NCBI GenBank assembly: GCA_944389555.1
Contig: CALXMU010000001.1
Coordinates: 68,676 to 132,675 of the forward strand
Length of the DNA stretch: 64,000 nucleotides
Direction: 5' to 3'
Source of the DNA: an uncultured Alphaproteobacteria bacterium
Lineage (GTDB): Bacteria; Pseudomonadota; Alphaproteobacteria; Rs-D84
Below are positions 1 through 9,833 of this stretch, piece by piece. Under the pieces are notes generated by a model. The model had not been told where the DNA came from. It saw nothing but the letters and a program-made list of their open reading frames with translations, and did not search any database. Each line of letters starts with the position of its first letter. Positions within the stretch are counted from its first letter, which is position 1. The translations under genes and the position numbers were made by a program.

Positions 1-519
<519 letters not shown>

Positions 520-599
520 CTAATGTAATGATTTTTTTGCACTATAAAACCTGACAAGCAAAAAATCAAGCATACATACATTAAATTTGTGTTTTTTAT

Positions 600-986
600 T
601 TGCTTATCCATATATTGTGGTATTATATGAGAGTTATGAGAAATACCATAAAAAAGCATAAAAATTTTTTAATGGACGATAATGACTTAAACGCTCGTTG
701 CGGAATGTTTTTCGTTCGCGCAAGACCTGCGCGTATTGTCGAAGACCCTCAGTATGGGTTGATAGTTACGAAAAAATTATTCAAACTCGCCGTAGATAGA
801 AATAAAGCGAAACGTTTATTACGTGACTGGATTCGTTTTAACGAGAAATATATGAGTAACGATTTAGACTATATATTCATCGCACGTAATGGGATATTAC
901 AATCGTCACGAGAAGATGGGCGTAACGCGATGCGAAAAGCATTAAATTATATAAAAAAATTAAATGCCGAAAAATCAGAAAACTAA
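600..986 (+). CDS. rnpA: Ribonuclease P protein component. The true start may be an internal Met (e.g. MRNT.. or MDDN..).
   Basis: Motif [10 protein letters not shown]...[27 protein letters not shown] is characteristic of RnpA, and yidD follows it. Confidence 0.8.
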   Translation: MLIHILWYYMRVMRNTIKKHKNFLMDDNDLNARCGMFFVRARPARIVEDPQYGLIVTKKLFKLAVDRNKAKRLLRDWIRFNEKYMSNDLDYIFIARNGILQSSREDGRNAMRKALNYIKKLNAEKSEN

Positions 987-1218
987 TTTAGTATTTCGCG
1001 TCGTTCGACGTGCTGCCATCGGTTTGGTTAGAATATACCAATCATGTATATCGCCAATAATTGGCGGTCGTGCCGCCTGCCGTTTTACCCCGACTTGCAG
1101 TGAATATACGGCTCAAGCGATTGATAAATATGGTGTTTTTCGTGGAACAATGCTTGGAATACGCAGAATTCTGCGCTGCAGACCAGGTGGAGGTTTTGGG
1201 TACGACCCTGTCCCTTGA
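964..1218 (+). CDS. yidD: Membrane protein insertion efficiency factor YidD
   Basis: ~84 aa with [29 protein letters not shown], and in the conserved position after rnpA. Confidence 0.75.
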   Translation: MPKNQKTNLVFRVVRRAAIGLVRIYQSCISPIIGGRAACRFTPTCSEYTAQAIDKYGVFRGTMLGIRRILRCRPGGGFGYDPVP

Positions 1219-1303
1219 CAACCGTTTCGATTGTGGTAAAATTCCAGGCACATTGGGTGCTTTGTTACGCACCTGCACAAGATTATATATAAAAGGATAA
1301 AAA

Positions 1304-1759
1304 ATGTCTTTTCGTGCAACCGTTGAATCTATGTCAAAAATCATGGATGAAATGGGTATTACTGAATTAGATTTAGAACGTCAATTCTTATTTGGGGTAT
1401 ATCGTAAACATATTCATCTGTCAAAGCAGCAGGGGACAACAGCTGTTGCGATGCCGAATTTCCCGGTATCTTCGGAATCAAAAAATACGAACAGTGAACC
1501 TGCAGATACAGAAACCGCTATAAATGGTTATGCATTAAAATCTCCGATGGTTGGCGTAGCATATCTGGCACCAGAACCAGGTGCTAAACCATTCACGACA
1601 ATTGGAGCTCAGATTAAAGCCGGTGATACGGTAGCTTTGATAGAAGCCATGAAAACATTCAACCCGATTAAGTCGGATAAAGATGGCGTTGTAAAAGAAA
1701 TTTTAGTTTCTGACGGGCAAGCCGTTGAATTTGATCAACCTATAATTGTTATTGAATAA
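1304..1759 (+). CDS. accB: Acetyl-CoA carboxylase biotin carboxyl carrier protein
   Basis: C-terminal biotinyl domain with the EAMK motif (ALIEAMKTFNPIKSDKDGVVKEILV). Confidence 0.85.
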   Translation: MSFRATVESMSKIMDEMGITELDLERQFLFGVYRKHIHLSKQQGTTAVAMPNFPVSSESKNTNSEPADTETAINGYALKSPMVGVAYLAPEPGAKPFTTIGAQIKAGDTVALIEAMKTFNPIKSDKDGVVKEILVSDGQAVEFDQPIIVIE

Positions 1760-1773
1760 TCAACGAATAAAAA

Positions 1774-3171
1774 ATGTCACAGATAAAAAAAGTTTTAATT
1801 GCCAATCGCGGCGAAATAGCGTTGCGAATAATTCGCGCGTGTCGCGATATGGGAATTCGCACAGTTGCAGTGTATTCAACAGTTGACAGAAGTGCCATGC
1901 ACGTGCAATTGGCCGACGAATCCGTTTGTATAGGGCCGGGACCCTCCAAAGATTCTTACTTAAACGAATCAGCAATTCTGACTGCTGCATTGTTAACTAA
2001 TGCCGACGCCATTCACCCGGGTTACGGTTTCTTATCAGAACGTGCAGATTTCGCACAGAAAGTAGAACAACATGGACTTATCTGGATTGGACCATCTGCT
2101 GCCATGATTGAAAAGATGGGCGATAAAGTAAATGCTAAACAAACTGCTATAAAATGTGGATTACCAGTAGTACCGGGTTCAGACGGTGCAGTTGAATCAT
2201 TAGAAGACGCACTTAGTTGGGCAGAGAAAATTGGTTACCCAGTTATGTTAAAAGCAGCAGCTGGTGGTGGCGGTCGCGGCATTCGTCCAGTTATGTCACC
2301 AGAACAAATGCCAGAGGCTTTCCAGATGACTAAAAACGAGGCCAAATCCGGTTTCGGTGACGATACTTTGTATATGGAAAAATTATTGATGCATCCGCGT
2401 CATATAGAATTCCAAGTATTGGGTGACAAACACGGTAACGTCGTTATATTTGGAGAACGCGATTGCTCTTTACAAAGAAAGAATCAAAAAGTCATGGAAG
2501 AATGTCCAGCAGCAATACTTACCCAGAAACAGCGCGATGATATGATTGAAATCTGTAAAAATGCTGCTAAAAAGATGGGGTATGTAAACGCTGGTACCTT
2601 TGAATTTATGTTTGAAGATGGGAAATTCTACTTCCTTGAAATGAATACCCGTTTACAAGTAGAACACCCTGTAACTGAGATGGTTTATGGCGTGGATTTG
2701 GTTCGCGAACAAATTCGTATCGCAGCCGGTGAAAAATTGGGTTATACACAATCCAACGTTGTTCCACACGGCCATGCAATTGAATTCCGTATAAACGCAG
2801 AAGACCCGGAAAATTTCATTCCTAATCCTGGGAAAATCACATTATATGCCCCTTCTGGTGGCATGGGCGTTCGTGTTGATAGCGCCGTATATACAGGTTA
2901 TACTATACCGCCAACATATGATTCAATGATTGCAAAATTGATAGTTCATGCTACAAGCAGACCTGCGTGTATAATGAGGGCAGGGCGTGCGTTAGATGAG
3001 TTTGTTATTGAAGGTGTGAAAACCACTATACCGTTGCAACAAAAGTTATTAAAAAACCGTGATGTAAAAACATTAAACTTTGATAACCATTGGTTGGAAA
3101 CTTATTTAGCATCTGAACGAGAAAAGTCAGAAAGAAAGAAAGAAAAAGAATCAGAAACTTCAGAAGAATGA
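1774..3171 (+). CDS. accC: Acetyl-CoA carboxylase biotin carboxylase subunit
   Basis: 465 aa; MSQIKKVLIANRGEIALRIIRAC..., ATP-grasp motifs, and adjacent to accB. Confidence 0.95.
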   Translation: MSQIKKVLIANRGEIALRIIRACRDMGIRTVAVYSTVDRSAMHVQLADESVCIGPGPSKDSYLNESAILTAALLTNADAIHPGYGFLSERADFAQKVEQHGLIWIGPSAAMIEKMGDKVNAKQTAIKCGLPVVPGSDGAVESLEDALSWAEKIGYPVMLKAAAGGGGRGIRPVMSPEQMPEAFQMTKNEAKSGFGDDTLYMEKLLMHPRHIEFQVLGDKHGNVVIFGERDCSLQRKNQKVMEECPAAILTQKQRDDMIEICKNAAKKMGYVNAGTFEFMFEDGKFYFLEMNTRLQVEHPVTEMVYGVDLVREQIRIAAGEKLGYTQSNVVPHGHAIEFRINAEDPENFIPNPGKITLYAPSGGMGVRVDSAVYTGYTIPPTYDSMIAKLIVHATSRPACIMRAGRALDEFVIEGVKTTIPLQQKLLKNRDVKTLNFDNHWLETYLASEREKSERKKEKESETSEE

Positions 3172-3177
3172 ACAAAT

Positions 3178-3208
3178 AACCGCGCAAATGCGCGGTTTAT
3201 TCTTTTTT
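3178..3208 (+). terminator. Rho-independent terminator after accC
   Basis: aaccgcgcaaatgcgcggtt hairpin followed by a T-run. Confidence 0.7.
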
Positions 3209-3251
3209 AATATTGCAATCTGATTTTTCTTTGATATAATCGTTGGGCTTT

Positions 3252-3328
3252 GGGTGGTTAGCTCAGCTGGTTAGAGCGTTACGTTGACATCGTAAAGGTC
3301 GTTGGTTCGAGTCCAATACCACCCACCA
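3252..3328 (+). tRNA. tRNA-Val (anticodon GAC)
   Basis: Cloverleaf gggtggt/accaccc acceptor, D-arm agctcagctggttagagc, anticodon loop ttgacat, T-arm ggttcgagtcc, 3' CCA encoded. Confidence 0.85.
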
Positions 3329-3397
3329 GATTTAAATAGAATAAAACAAATGCGAATGTACAACTAATCTTAGATAAAAAATTCTGACGGGATTCCT

Positions 3398-3418
3398 GGG
3401 CGCCCCGTTGGGCGCCCG
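3398..3418 (+). terminator. GC hairpin (gggcgcccc-gtt-gggcgccc) between tRNA-Val and metG; likely the tRNA terminator or an attenuator.
   Basis: Perfect palindromic stem followed by only a weak U-run (gtattatt). Confidence 0.4.
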
Positions 3419-3443
3419 TATTATTAAATTAAAAGGTTTAATT

Positions 3444-5444
3444 ATGACGAACGACAACAAAAAACAAAAATATTTAATTACATCCGCACTGCCTTATGTA
3501 AACGGTGAATTACACTTGGGGCACTTAATTGGATGCTGGCTGCCGTCTGATATATACGCTCGCTTTTGTCGCGCACGCGGACGTGACGTCTTATATATTT
3601 GCGGTGCAGACGAACACGGTACCCCTGTTGTTGTAGGTGCGATGAAAGAAAACATGAAACCTTTTGATTATTCCAGCAAATATTATGAAAAGCATTTACG
3701 CGCAGTAAAAGATTTTAATCTGTCATTTGACCTTTACGGACGTACTCATACGGAATTACAAGAAAAACTGATACATGAGTTATTCCTGCGTCTGGACAAA
3801 GAGGGTTTGATTGAAGAACGTGAAACATTACAACCATTCTCGGTCGATGATAATATGTTCTTAGCCGACCGCCAATTGGAAGGTACGTGTCCAAAATGTG
3901 GATATGACAAAGCCCGTGGTGACCAATGTGATAAATGCGGTGCAACATATGAAGCAACGGAACTTTTAAATCCGCGCAGCAATATATCTGGCGGCACTAA
4001 TATAGAAATGCGCCCAACTAAAAATTTGTTCTTCTTAGCGTCAAAAGTAGAAGGAAAATGGAAAAAATGGTTGGAAACACACGCACCAAAATGGTCAAAG
4101 ACGGCATCAGCAATTGCAAAAGGCTGGTCAAAAGAAGGCCTGCAAGATACATCTATTACACGTGATTTATCTTGGGGAATTCCTGTAAATAAACCAGGTT
4201 ATGAAAATAAGGTTTTCTATGTTTGGTTTGATGCGCCTTGGGGTTACGTTTCTATTTCACAGGCAGCAAATCAAGACTGGGAATCTTGGTGGAAAAACCC
4301 AGATTGTCATTACGCCCAATTTATGGGGAAAGATAACGTAAAATTCCATGCGGTATTTTTCCCAGAACAACAATTGGCTATGAATGATAATTGGAAGACT
4401 GTTGATATGTTAAAGTCAATGAACTTTCTAAACTTTGAAGGCGGTAAATTCTCTAAATCTGAAAATCGCGGTGTATTTTTAGACCAGGCTATTGAAATTG
4501 CACCAGCAGACACATGGCGGTACGCTTTGATTGCTTCTGCTCCTGAAACAGACGACACTGATTTTACGTTTTCACGTTTTGCAGATACTGTAAACAAAGA
4601 CCTGAATGGTATGTTGGGAAACTTTGTTTCACGCGTTTGCAAACTGACAGAAAAAAACTTTGGTTTAAGCGTTCCTAATGCTGGCGCGGCAGATGACACT
4701 TTAATCGCGCAGATAAACGAAAAATTAAAAGAACTGACCGATGCTTTGGATGCTTGCGAATTCCGCACAGCCATTGTTGCCTTACGTTCTCTGTATGCAA
4801 TTGGTAATGAATATATGACAGTCAAAGAACCATGGGCATTGGTAAAACGCGGCGAAATTGATGCGGCAGCAGCGGTGTTAAATCAATGTTTTCAATTGAT
4901 TGACTTGTACGCTCGCGCGTCTGCACCTTTTATCCCAAATGCCGCAGAGAAAATCCGCAACATTTTTACCGCTAATTTAGATTTATCTTGGCCCGAAACA
5001 TATGAACCACGCATTAAAGACGGTACAGAATTTACCGTTCCAGAAAATCTGTTCACTCGCATAGATGATGAAACAGTTACAACATTGACAGAGAAGTATG
5101 CGCCAAAGGTTGACGACAATACCCCGAAACCGATAACAGCAAAAATTATCGCGATAAAAGACCATCCAACACGTGAAAATTTACATATCTTAACGGTTGA
5201 TGACGGAACAAATCACGACTTACAAATCGTATGTGGTGCACCAAACGTTAGAGTAGGTATGGTTGGCGTATTAGCTCCTGTTGGCTGTATGCTGCCTGGG
5301 GCAAAAAAACCTATTTCTCAAAGAACAGTTGCAGGCACAGAATCTTTTGGTATGATGTGCAGTGCCGCTGAACTTAAACAGGGTGATACGGCGGATAAAA
5401 TTATAGAATTAGATGATGATATGGAATTAGGTAAAATAATTTAA
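3444..5444 (+). CDS. metG: Methionyl-tRNA synthetase with C-terminal EMAP/Trbp111-like tRNA-binding domain
   Basis: HLGH-type motif (ELHLGHLIGCW), KFSKS (KMSKS) motif, Zn knuckle CPKCG...CDKCG, C-terminal OB-fold domain. Start chosen at the internal ATG 3444 because it has an AAAAGG ribosome-binding site. Confidence 0.95.
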   Translation: MTNDNKKQKYLITSALPYVNGELHLGHLIGCWLPSDIYARFCRARGRDVLYICGADEHGTPVVVGAMKENMKPFDYSSKYYEKHLRAVKDFNLSFDLYGRTHTELQEKLIHELFLRLDKEGLIEERETLQPFSVDDNMFLADRQLEGTCPKCGYDKARGDQCDKCGATYEATELLNPRSNISGGTNIEMRPTKNLFFLASKVEGKWKKWLETHAPKWSKTASAIAKGWSKEGLQDTSITRDLSWGIPVNKPGYENKVFYVWFDAPWGYVSISQAANQDWESWWKNPDCHYAQFMGKDNVKFHAVFFPEQQLAMNDNWKTVDMLKSMNFLNFEGGKFSKSENRGVFLDQAIEIAPADTWRYALIASAPETDDTDFTFSRFADTVNKDLNGMLGNFVSRVCKLTEKNFGLSVPNAGAADDTLIAQINEKLKELTDALDACEFRTAIVALRSLYAIGNEYMTVKEPWALVKRGEIDAAAAVLNQCFQLIDLYARASAPFIPNAAEKIRNIFTANLDLSWPETYEPRIKDGTEFTVPENLFTRIDDETVTTLTEKYAPKVDDNTPKPITAKIIAIKDHPTRENLHILTVDDGTNHDLQIVCGAPNVRVGMVGVLAPVGCMLPGAKKPISQRTVAGTESFGMMCSAAELKQGDTADKIIELDDDMELGKII

Positions 5445-5454
5445 AAGGTAAAAA

Positions 5455-5718
5455 ATGTTAATTCATGAAAAAATTAAAATTGTTGTTTTAGATAATAATG
5501 TACCAGTATTTGCAGGAAAATTTCCTTGTGCAGATTGTCGCTCTGCTATGCAGTGCAAATCTACAGATAATTGTAAATTATTTAATTATATAAAAGGAAG
5601 ACTTCCAGATAGTCACATTGATGAAACAAACGTCATAACAATACCTACAAATGATTATAATCGTGCGATTACACTTGTTAAACGTGCGATTAAGTTACGC
5701 AAACATCGGGTCAGATAA
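5455..5718 (+). CDS. Hypothetical small protein (87 aa, Cys-containing)
   Basis: ORF fills the metG-queH gap; no recognizable motif. Confidence 0.3.
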   Translation: MLIHEKIKIVVLDNNVPVFAGKFPCADCRSAMQCKSTDNCKLFNYIKGRLPDSHIDETNVITIPTNDYNRAITLVKRAIKLRKHRVR

Positions 5719-5720
5719 AC

Positions 5721-6293
5721 ATGAAACTTGTTCTGATGTCGTGCTGTGCCCCATGTAGTGCAGGAGCAATTAAACAACTAGCCACCGGGGAAATACCCGA
5801 AGTAGAAGATTTTATCGTATTATTTTTTAATCCGAATATTTTCCCGGTCGCCGAATATGATAAACGACTTTCCGAACAAATAAAATATTGTGAAAAACTT
5901 GGCGTAAAATACGCAATTGGTGAATACAATCATTCTTTATGGCTTGATGCTGTACGCGGTTTAGAACAGGAACTAGAACGCGGTAAACGTTGCAGTAAAT
6001 GCTTTCAATTTCGTTTTGATTATGCGAAAAAATGGGCCTTAGAACACGGTTTTGATGCGGTGACTTCTGTATTCGGTGTATCAAAACATAAAGACCAGTC
6101 ACAGGTTGATTGCGCCGGTGAAAAAGCCTTAGGAATAAAATATATCCCAATAAAATGGGACGAGGCTTTAAGGCAAAAAATTGGGCACGAATCTAACTTT
6201 TATAGACAGAATTATTGCGGTTGCGAATTTTCCATTCGGAAAAAAATAACTACACCTACCGAAAAAACATCAAACCCGATACCTATTAGATAA
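5721..6293 (+). CDS. queH: Epoxyqueuosine reductase QueH (DUF208 family)
   Basis: N-terminal LMSCCAPCS motif and conserved Cys pattern (CSKC...CGC) typical of QueH. Confidence 0.65.
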   Translation: MKLVLMSCCAPCSAGAIKQLATGEIPEVEDFIVLFFNPNIFPVAEYDKRLSEQIKYCEKLGVKYAIGEYNHSLWLDAVRGLEQELERGKRCSKCFQFRFDYAKKWALEHGFDAVTSVFGVSKHKDQSQVDCAGEKALGIKYIPIKWDEALRQKIGHESNFYRQNYCGCEFSIRKKITTPTEKTSNPIPIR

Positions 6294-6348
6294 TATTTGC
6301 GATTGCGTCTTTTCAATTCTATAATGAACTCAATTCAAAGGAGTTTAT

Positions 6349-7224
6349 ATGTCATCTATACTTGTTTTCCCAGGTCAAGGCTCGCAAGCAGTCGGTATGG
6401 GGAAAGACCTATATGAAAACAACCCCGAAGCACGCGCGGTATTTGAAGAAGTTGACGAAGCGTTAAATCAAAAATTATCAAATATTATTTTTAATGGTCC
6501 GATGGAAGACCTGACGCTTACAACAAACGTTCAACCGGCAATTATGGCTGTGTCTATTGCTATGTTGCGTGCATCTGGTATTCAACTAACGCAATATGTT
6601 GCGGGGCATAGTCTTGGTGAATATACAGCATTATGTGCGGCGGGTGCGCTATCCGTTGCCGATACTGCTAGGTTATTACGTTTGCGTGGCGACGCGATGC
6701 AGCGTGCAGTTCCTGTTGGTGAAGGTTTAACTGCCGTTATACTTGGTCTAGACATTGAAAAAGTTCGCGAAATTTGTGCGCAGACAGACTGCGATGTTGC
6801 AAATGATAACTCGCCAGGGCAGGTAGTTATATCTGGTGCGAAAGAAGTTGTAGAAGCAACGATGGCACTGGCAAAAGATTCTGGTGCAAAACGCGCAATG
6901 CCTTTGGCTTTATCAGTTCCTGTCCACTGCCGTATACAAGCACCGGCCGCAGAAGAAATGCGCGCAGCATTAGAAAACATAGAAATAAAAACACCTAAAT
7001 CGATTCTTATTTCTAATAAAACAGCGTCCCCAATGTCTGATCCTGCAGAAATAAAAGAAGCATTAGTTTATCAAATTACTCATGGCGTACATTGGAGAGA
7101 ATCCGTATTAAAAATGCATGAACTTGGCATAACAGAAACTATTGAGGTCGGACCGGGAAGCGTTTTAACGGGGCTGACACCAAGAATTTGTCCTGATATG
7201 ACAGCAAAAAAATTGGAGATATAA
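6349..7224 (+). CDS. fabD: Malonyl-CoA:ACP transacylase
   Basis: FPGQGSQ and GHSLGEY active-site motifs. Confidence 0.9.
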   Translation: MSSILVFPGQGSQAVGMGKDLYENNPEARAVFEEVDEALNQKLSNIIFNGPMEDLTLTTNVQPAIMAVSIAMLRASGIQLTQYVAGHSLGEYTALCAAGALSVADTARLLRLRGDAMQRAVPVGEGLTAVILGLDIEKVREICAQTDCDVANDNSPGQVVISGAKEVVEATMALAKDSGAKRAMPLALSVPVHCRIQAPAAEEMRAALENIEIKTPKSILISNKTASPMSDPAEIKEALVYQITHGVHWRESVLKMHELGITETIEVGPGSVLTGLTPRICPDMTAKKLEI

Positions 7225-7225
7225 A

Positions 7226-7954
7226 ATGTTTGATTTAACAGGTAAAGTTGCTTTGATTACGGGCGCAACCGGCGGTATCGGTGGCGCAATCGCTAAAAAA
7301 ATGAAAGAAGCCGGTGCAACTGTCGTTGTATCTGGGCGAAGCATTGAAAAATTAGACGCTCAATTTGATAATTCTTATATCAAAATTCCAATTGATTTAG
7401 CGTCTGATACTGGCGCAATAGAATTAGTTGAATCGACGATAAATACTGCCGGTAAAATTGATATTGTCGTAAATAATGCAGGTATAACAAAAGATACGTT
7501 GTTGATGCGTATGACAGACGAACAATTTGAAGACGTTATAAATACTAATTTACGTTCATGCTTTAAAATGTGCCGTGCGGTAATTATGCCGATGATGAAA
7601 AATCGTTTTGGCCGTATTATAAATATGGCGTCTATCATCGGTGCAATTGGCGGTCCTGGTCAGGCAAACTATGCTGCTTCAAAGGGCGGTATGATTGCAA
7701 TGACAAAATCAATCGCAGCCGAAGTTGGTTCTCGTGGAATTACTGCAAATTGTATAGCACCGGGTTTTATTAAAACGCCTATGACAGACGTTTTATCTGA
7801 TGAATTAAAGAAATCTTATTTGGCGCAAATACCAGCCGGTCGTTTCGGTGAACCAGAAGATATTGCAAATGCTTGCGTATTCTTGGCGTCGGAAGAAGCA
7901 TCTTACATCAACGGTCAGGTGTTACACATCAATGGTGGTATGGGACGTTTTTAA
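7226..7954 (+). CDS. fabG: 3-oxoacyl-ACP reductase (SDR family)
   Basis: GATGGIG Rossmann motif, NNAGI, YAASK catalytic motif; follows fabD. Confidence 0.9.
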   Translation: MFDLTGKVALITGATGGIGGAIAKKMKEAGATVVVSGRSIEKLDAQFDNSYIKIPIDLASDTGAIELVESTINTAGKIDIVVNNAGITKDTLLMRMTDEQFEDVINTNLRSCFKMCRAVIMPMMKNRFGRIINMASIIGAIGGPGQANYAASKGGMIAMTKSIAAEVGSRGITANCIAPGFIKTPMTDVLSDELKKSYLAQIPAGRFGEPEDIANACVFLASEEASYINGQVLHINGGMGRF

Positions 7955-7960
7955 TTAAAC

Positions 7961-9613
7961 ATGACAGAATTTGACGTAATTGTTATCGGTGGTGGTCATG
8001 CTGGTGTAGAGGCTGCGACGGCGGCCGCACGTCGTGGTGCGCGTACTTTACTTCTTACCCAACGCGAAGAAGATTTAGGAGCCGTGTCTTGTAACCCAAG
8101 TATTGGTGGACCGGGTAAATCTCAAATGGTTGCAGAAATTGACGCGTTGGGCGGCGTAATGGGTGCTGCGGCTGATGCTGCTGGCATTCACTTTCGTACA
8201 TTAAATGCGTCACACGGAGCCGCCACACAAGCTTTGCGTGCCCAAATAGACCGAGCTTTATATCATAAAGAAATCGTAAAAATTTTAGATGATTATAATA
8301 ATCTAACCGTACAGTTTGAAACTGTAAAAAGTTTAAACCTTGATAAAAAAATTGTAAATGATACTTATTCAGCCCGCGCAATTGTTTTAACAACTGGTAC
8401 TTTTTTACAAGGTTTGGTTACACGGGGAAATGAAAAGATCCCATCTGGTCGAATCACAGATGATGGAAAATATCAAGAACCAGATAAACACATTTCTGAT
8501 GTATTAAAAAATGCGGGCTTTAATTTAATGCGATTAAAAACCGGTACACCGGCAAGAATTGATAAAACCTCTATTGATTTTTCGGTCTGTGAATTACAAC
8601 CAGGTGACCACCCACATGATTGGTTTTCTGAACCAAATCAAAATAATAATTATGACGCTGTGTGTTATATTACTCATACTACTCAGCGTACTCACGATAT
8701 AATTCGTGAAAACATTTCAAAAGCGCCGATGTACAACGGCGACATTCGTGGTACGGGACCAAGATATTGTCCTTCTTTAGAAGATAAGGTTATGCGATTT
8801 CCGGAACATTTAACTCACCACGTGTTTCTGGAACCAGAAGGCTTAAACAGCGATTTGATTTATCCGAACGGTATATCAACAAGTTTTGGCGCAGACATAC
8901 AAAATATATGGATTCGTACTATACCAGGATTAGAAAACGCAAAAATTGTACGTTATGGCTATGCCATAGAATATGATGCAATTGATGCACGAGCATTACG
9001 CGAAACGCTTGAATCAAAAGATATACCAGGTTTATTCTTTGCTGGCCAAATAAATGGGACTTCTGGTTACGAAGAAGCCGCTGCACAAGGTATAGTTGCC
9101 GGTGCTAATGCGGCCGCCTTCGCACTAAAATTAGATACATTAAATCTGGATAGAACAAATTCTATGATAGGCGTTTTGATTGATGATATAACAACACTTG
9201 GTGTTGATGAACCGTATCGTATGTTTACATCTCGCGCCGAGTACAGATTATCGTTACGCAGTGATAACGCAATTGTTCGTTTAGGTAAGATCGGCACAAA
9301 ACTTGGTTTAATATCCGAAGAACAATATGAAAAAAAATATACACGCAAAGAGTCTATTATTAAAGAAAACGATAAATTTTATGCTGGTTATATCCAGCGC
9401 AACGAAAGAGAAATTGCCGCATACAAGCGAGATGCAGAATTAAAAATACCGGCAAATTTTGAATATAAAAGCCTGCCAGGTTTGACAAATGAACTAGTTG
9501 AAAAACTAACGGCGACAAGGCCGGAAAATATAGCGGACTTATCACGAATTCCAGGGATGACGCCTGCCGGAATAATGGTTGTTTTGCGTAAAATTAAATG
9601 TGGAAATTCGTAG
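7961..9613 (+). CDS. mnmG: tRNA uridine 5-carboxymethylaminomethyl modification enzyme MnmG/GidA (550 aa, shorter than the usual ~620)
   Basis: N-terminal FAD fold [15 protein letters not shown], conserved GPRYCPS, C-terminal [16 protein letters not shown]. Confidence 0.9.
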   Translation: MTEFDVIVIGGGHAGVEAATAAARRGARTLLLTQREEDLGAVSCNPSIGGPGKSQMVAEIDALGGVMGAAADAAGIHFRTLNASHGAATQALRAQIDRALYHKEIVKILDDYNNLTVQFETVKSLNLDKKIVNDTYSARAIVLTTGTFLQGLVTRGNEKIPSGRITDDGKYQEPDKHISDVLKNAGFNLMRLKTGTPARIDKTSIDFSVCELQPGDHPHDWFSEPNQNNNYDAVCYITHTTQRTHDIIRENISKAPMYNGDIRGTGPRYCPSLEDKVMRFPEHLTHHVFLEPEGLNSDLIYPNGISTSFGADIQNIWIRTIPGLENAKIVRYGYAIEYDAIDARALRETLESKDIPGLFFAGQINGTSGYEEAAAQGIVAGANAAAFALKLDTLNLDRTNSMIGVLIDDITTLGVDEPYRMFTSRAEYRLSLRSDNAIVRLGKIGTKLGLISEEQYEKKYTRKESIIKENDKFYAGYIQRNEREIAAYKRDAELKIPANFEYKSLPGLTNELVEKLTATRPENIADLSRIPGMTPAGIMVVLRKIKCGNS

Positions 9614-9640
9614 AAACATATATTATGATAAATGTTGCAT

Positions 9641-9716
9641 GCCGGTTTAGCTCAGCTGGTAGAGCATCTCATTCGTAATGAGGGGGTCGTAGGTTCAAGT
9701 CCTATAACCGGCACCA
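9641..9716 (+). tRNA. tRNA-Thr (anticodon CGT)
   Basis: Acceptor gccggtt/aaccggc, D-arm agctcagctggtagagc, anticodon loop ttcgtaa, T-arm ggttcaagtcc, CCA encoded. Confidence 0.8.
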
Positions 9717-9786
9717 TAGGTTTAATTATGAAAAAGGCAATGATAATTATTATAAAATAATTCGGCACCGCGCTTCTGCACGTGGC

Positions 9787-9812
9787 TGGGGCGCATAGGC
9801 GCCCGTTTTTTA
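9787..9812 (+). terminator. Rho-independent terminator after tRNA-Thr (gggcgc-atag-gcgccc + TTTTTT)
   Basis: GC stem followed by a T6 run just upstream of the ileS ribosome-binding site. Confidence 0.7.
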
Positions 9813-9833
9813 TAATGTTAAGGAGTACATAAT

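Noticed and set aside
520-660. Looked for rpmH (L34) upstream of rnpA
   Set aside because: No small ORF resembling MKRTFQPS... in any frame; rpmH is evidently not at this locus.
4310-4825. 171-aa minus-strand ORF
   Set aside because: Embedded antisense in metG; no RBS or motif; typical spurious ORF.
6582-6980. 132-aa minus-strand ORF
   Set aside because: Antisense to fabD.
7961-9613. Short mnmG (550 aa) and pheS (315 aa) as possible pseudogenes
   Set aside because: Both retain N- and C-terminal signature motifs in a single frame; length reduction is more consistent with genome streamlining.
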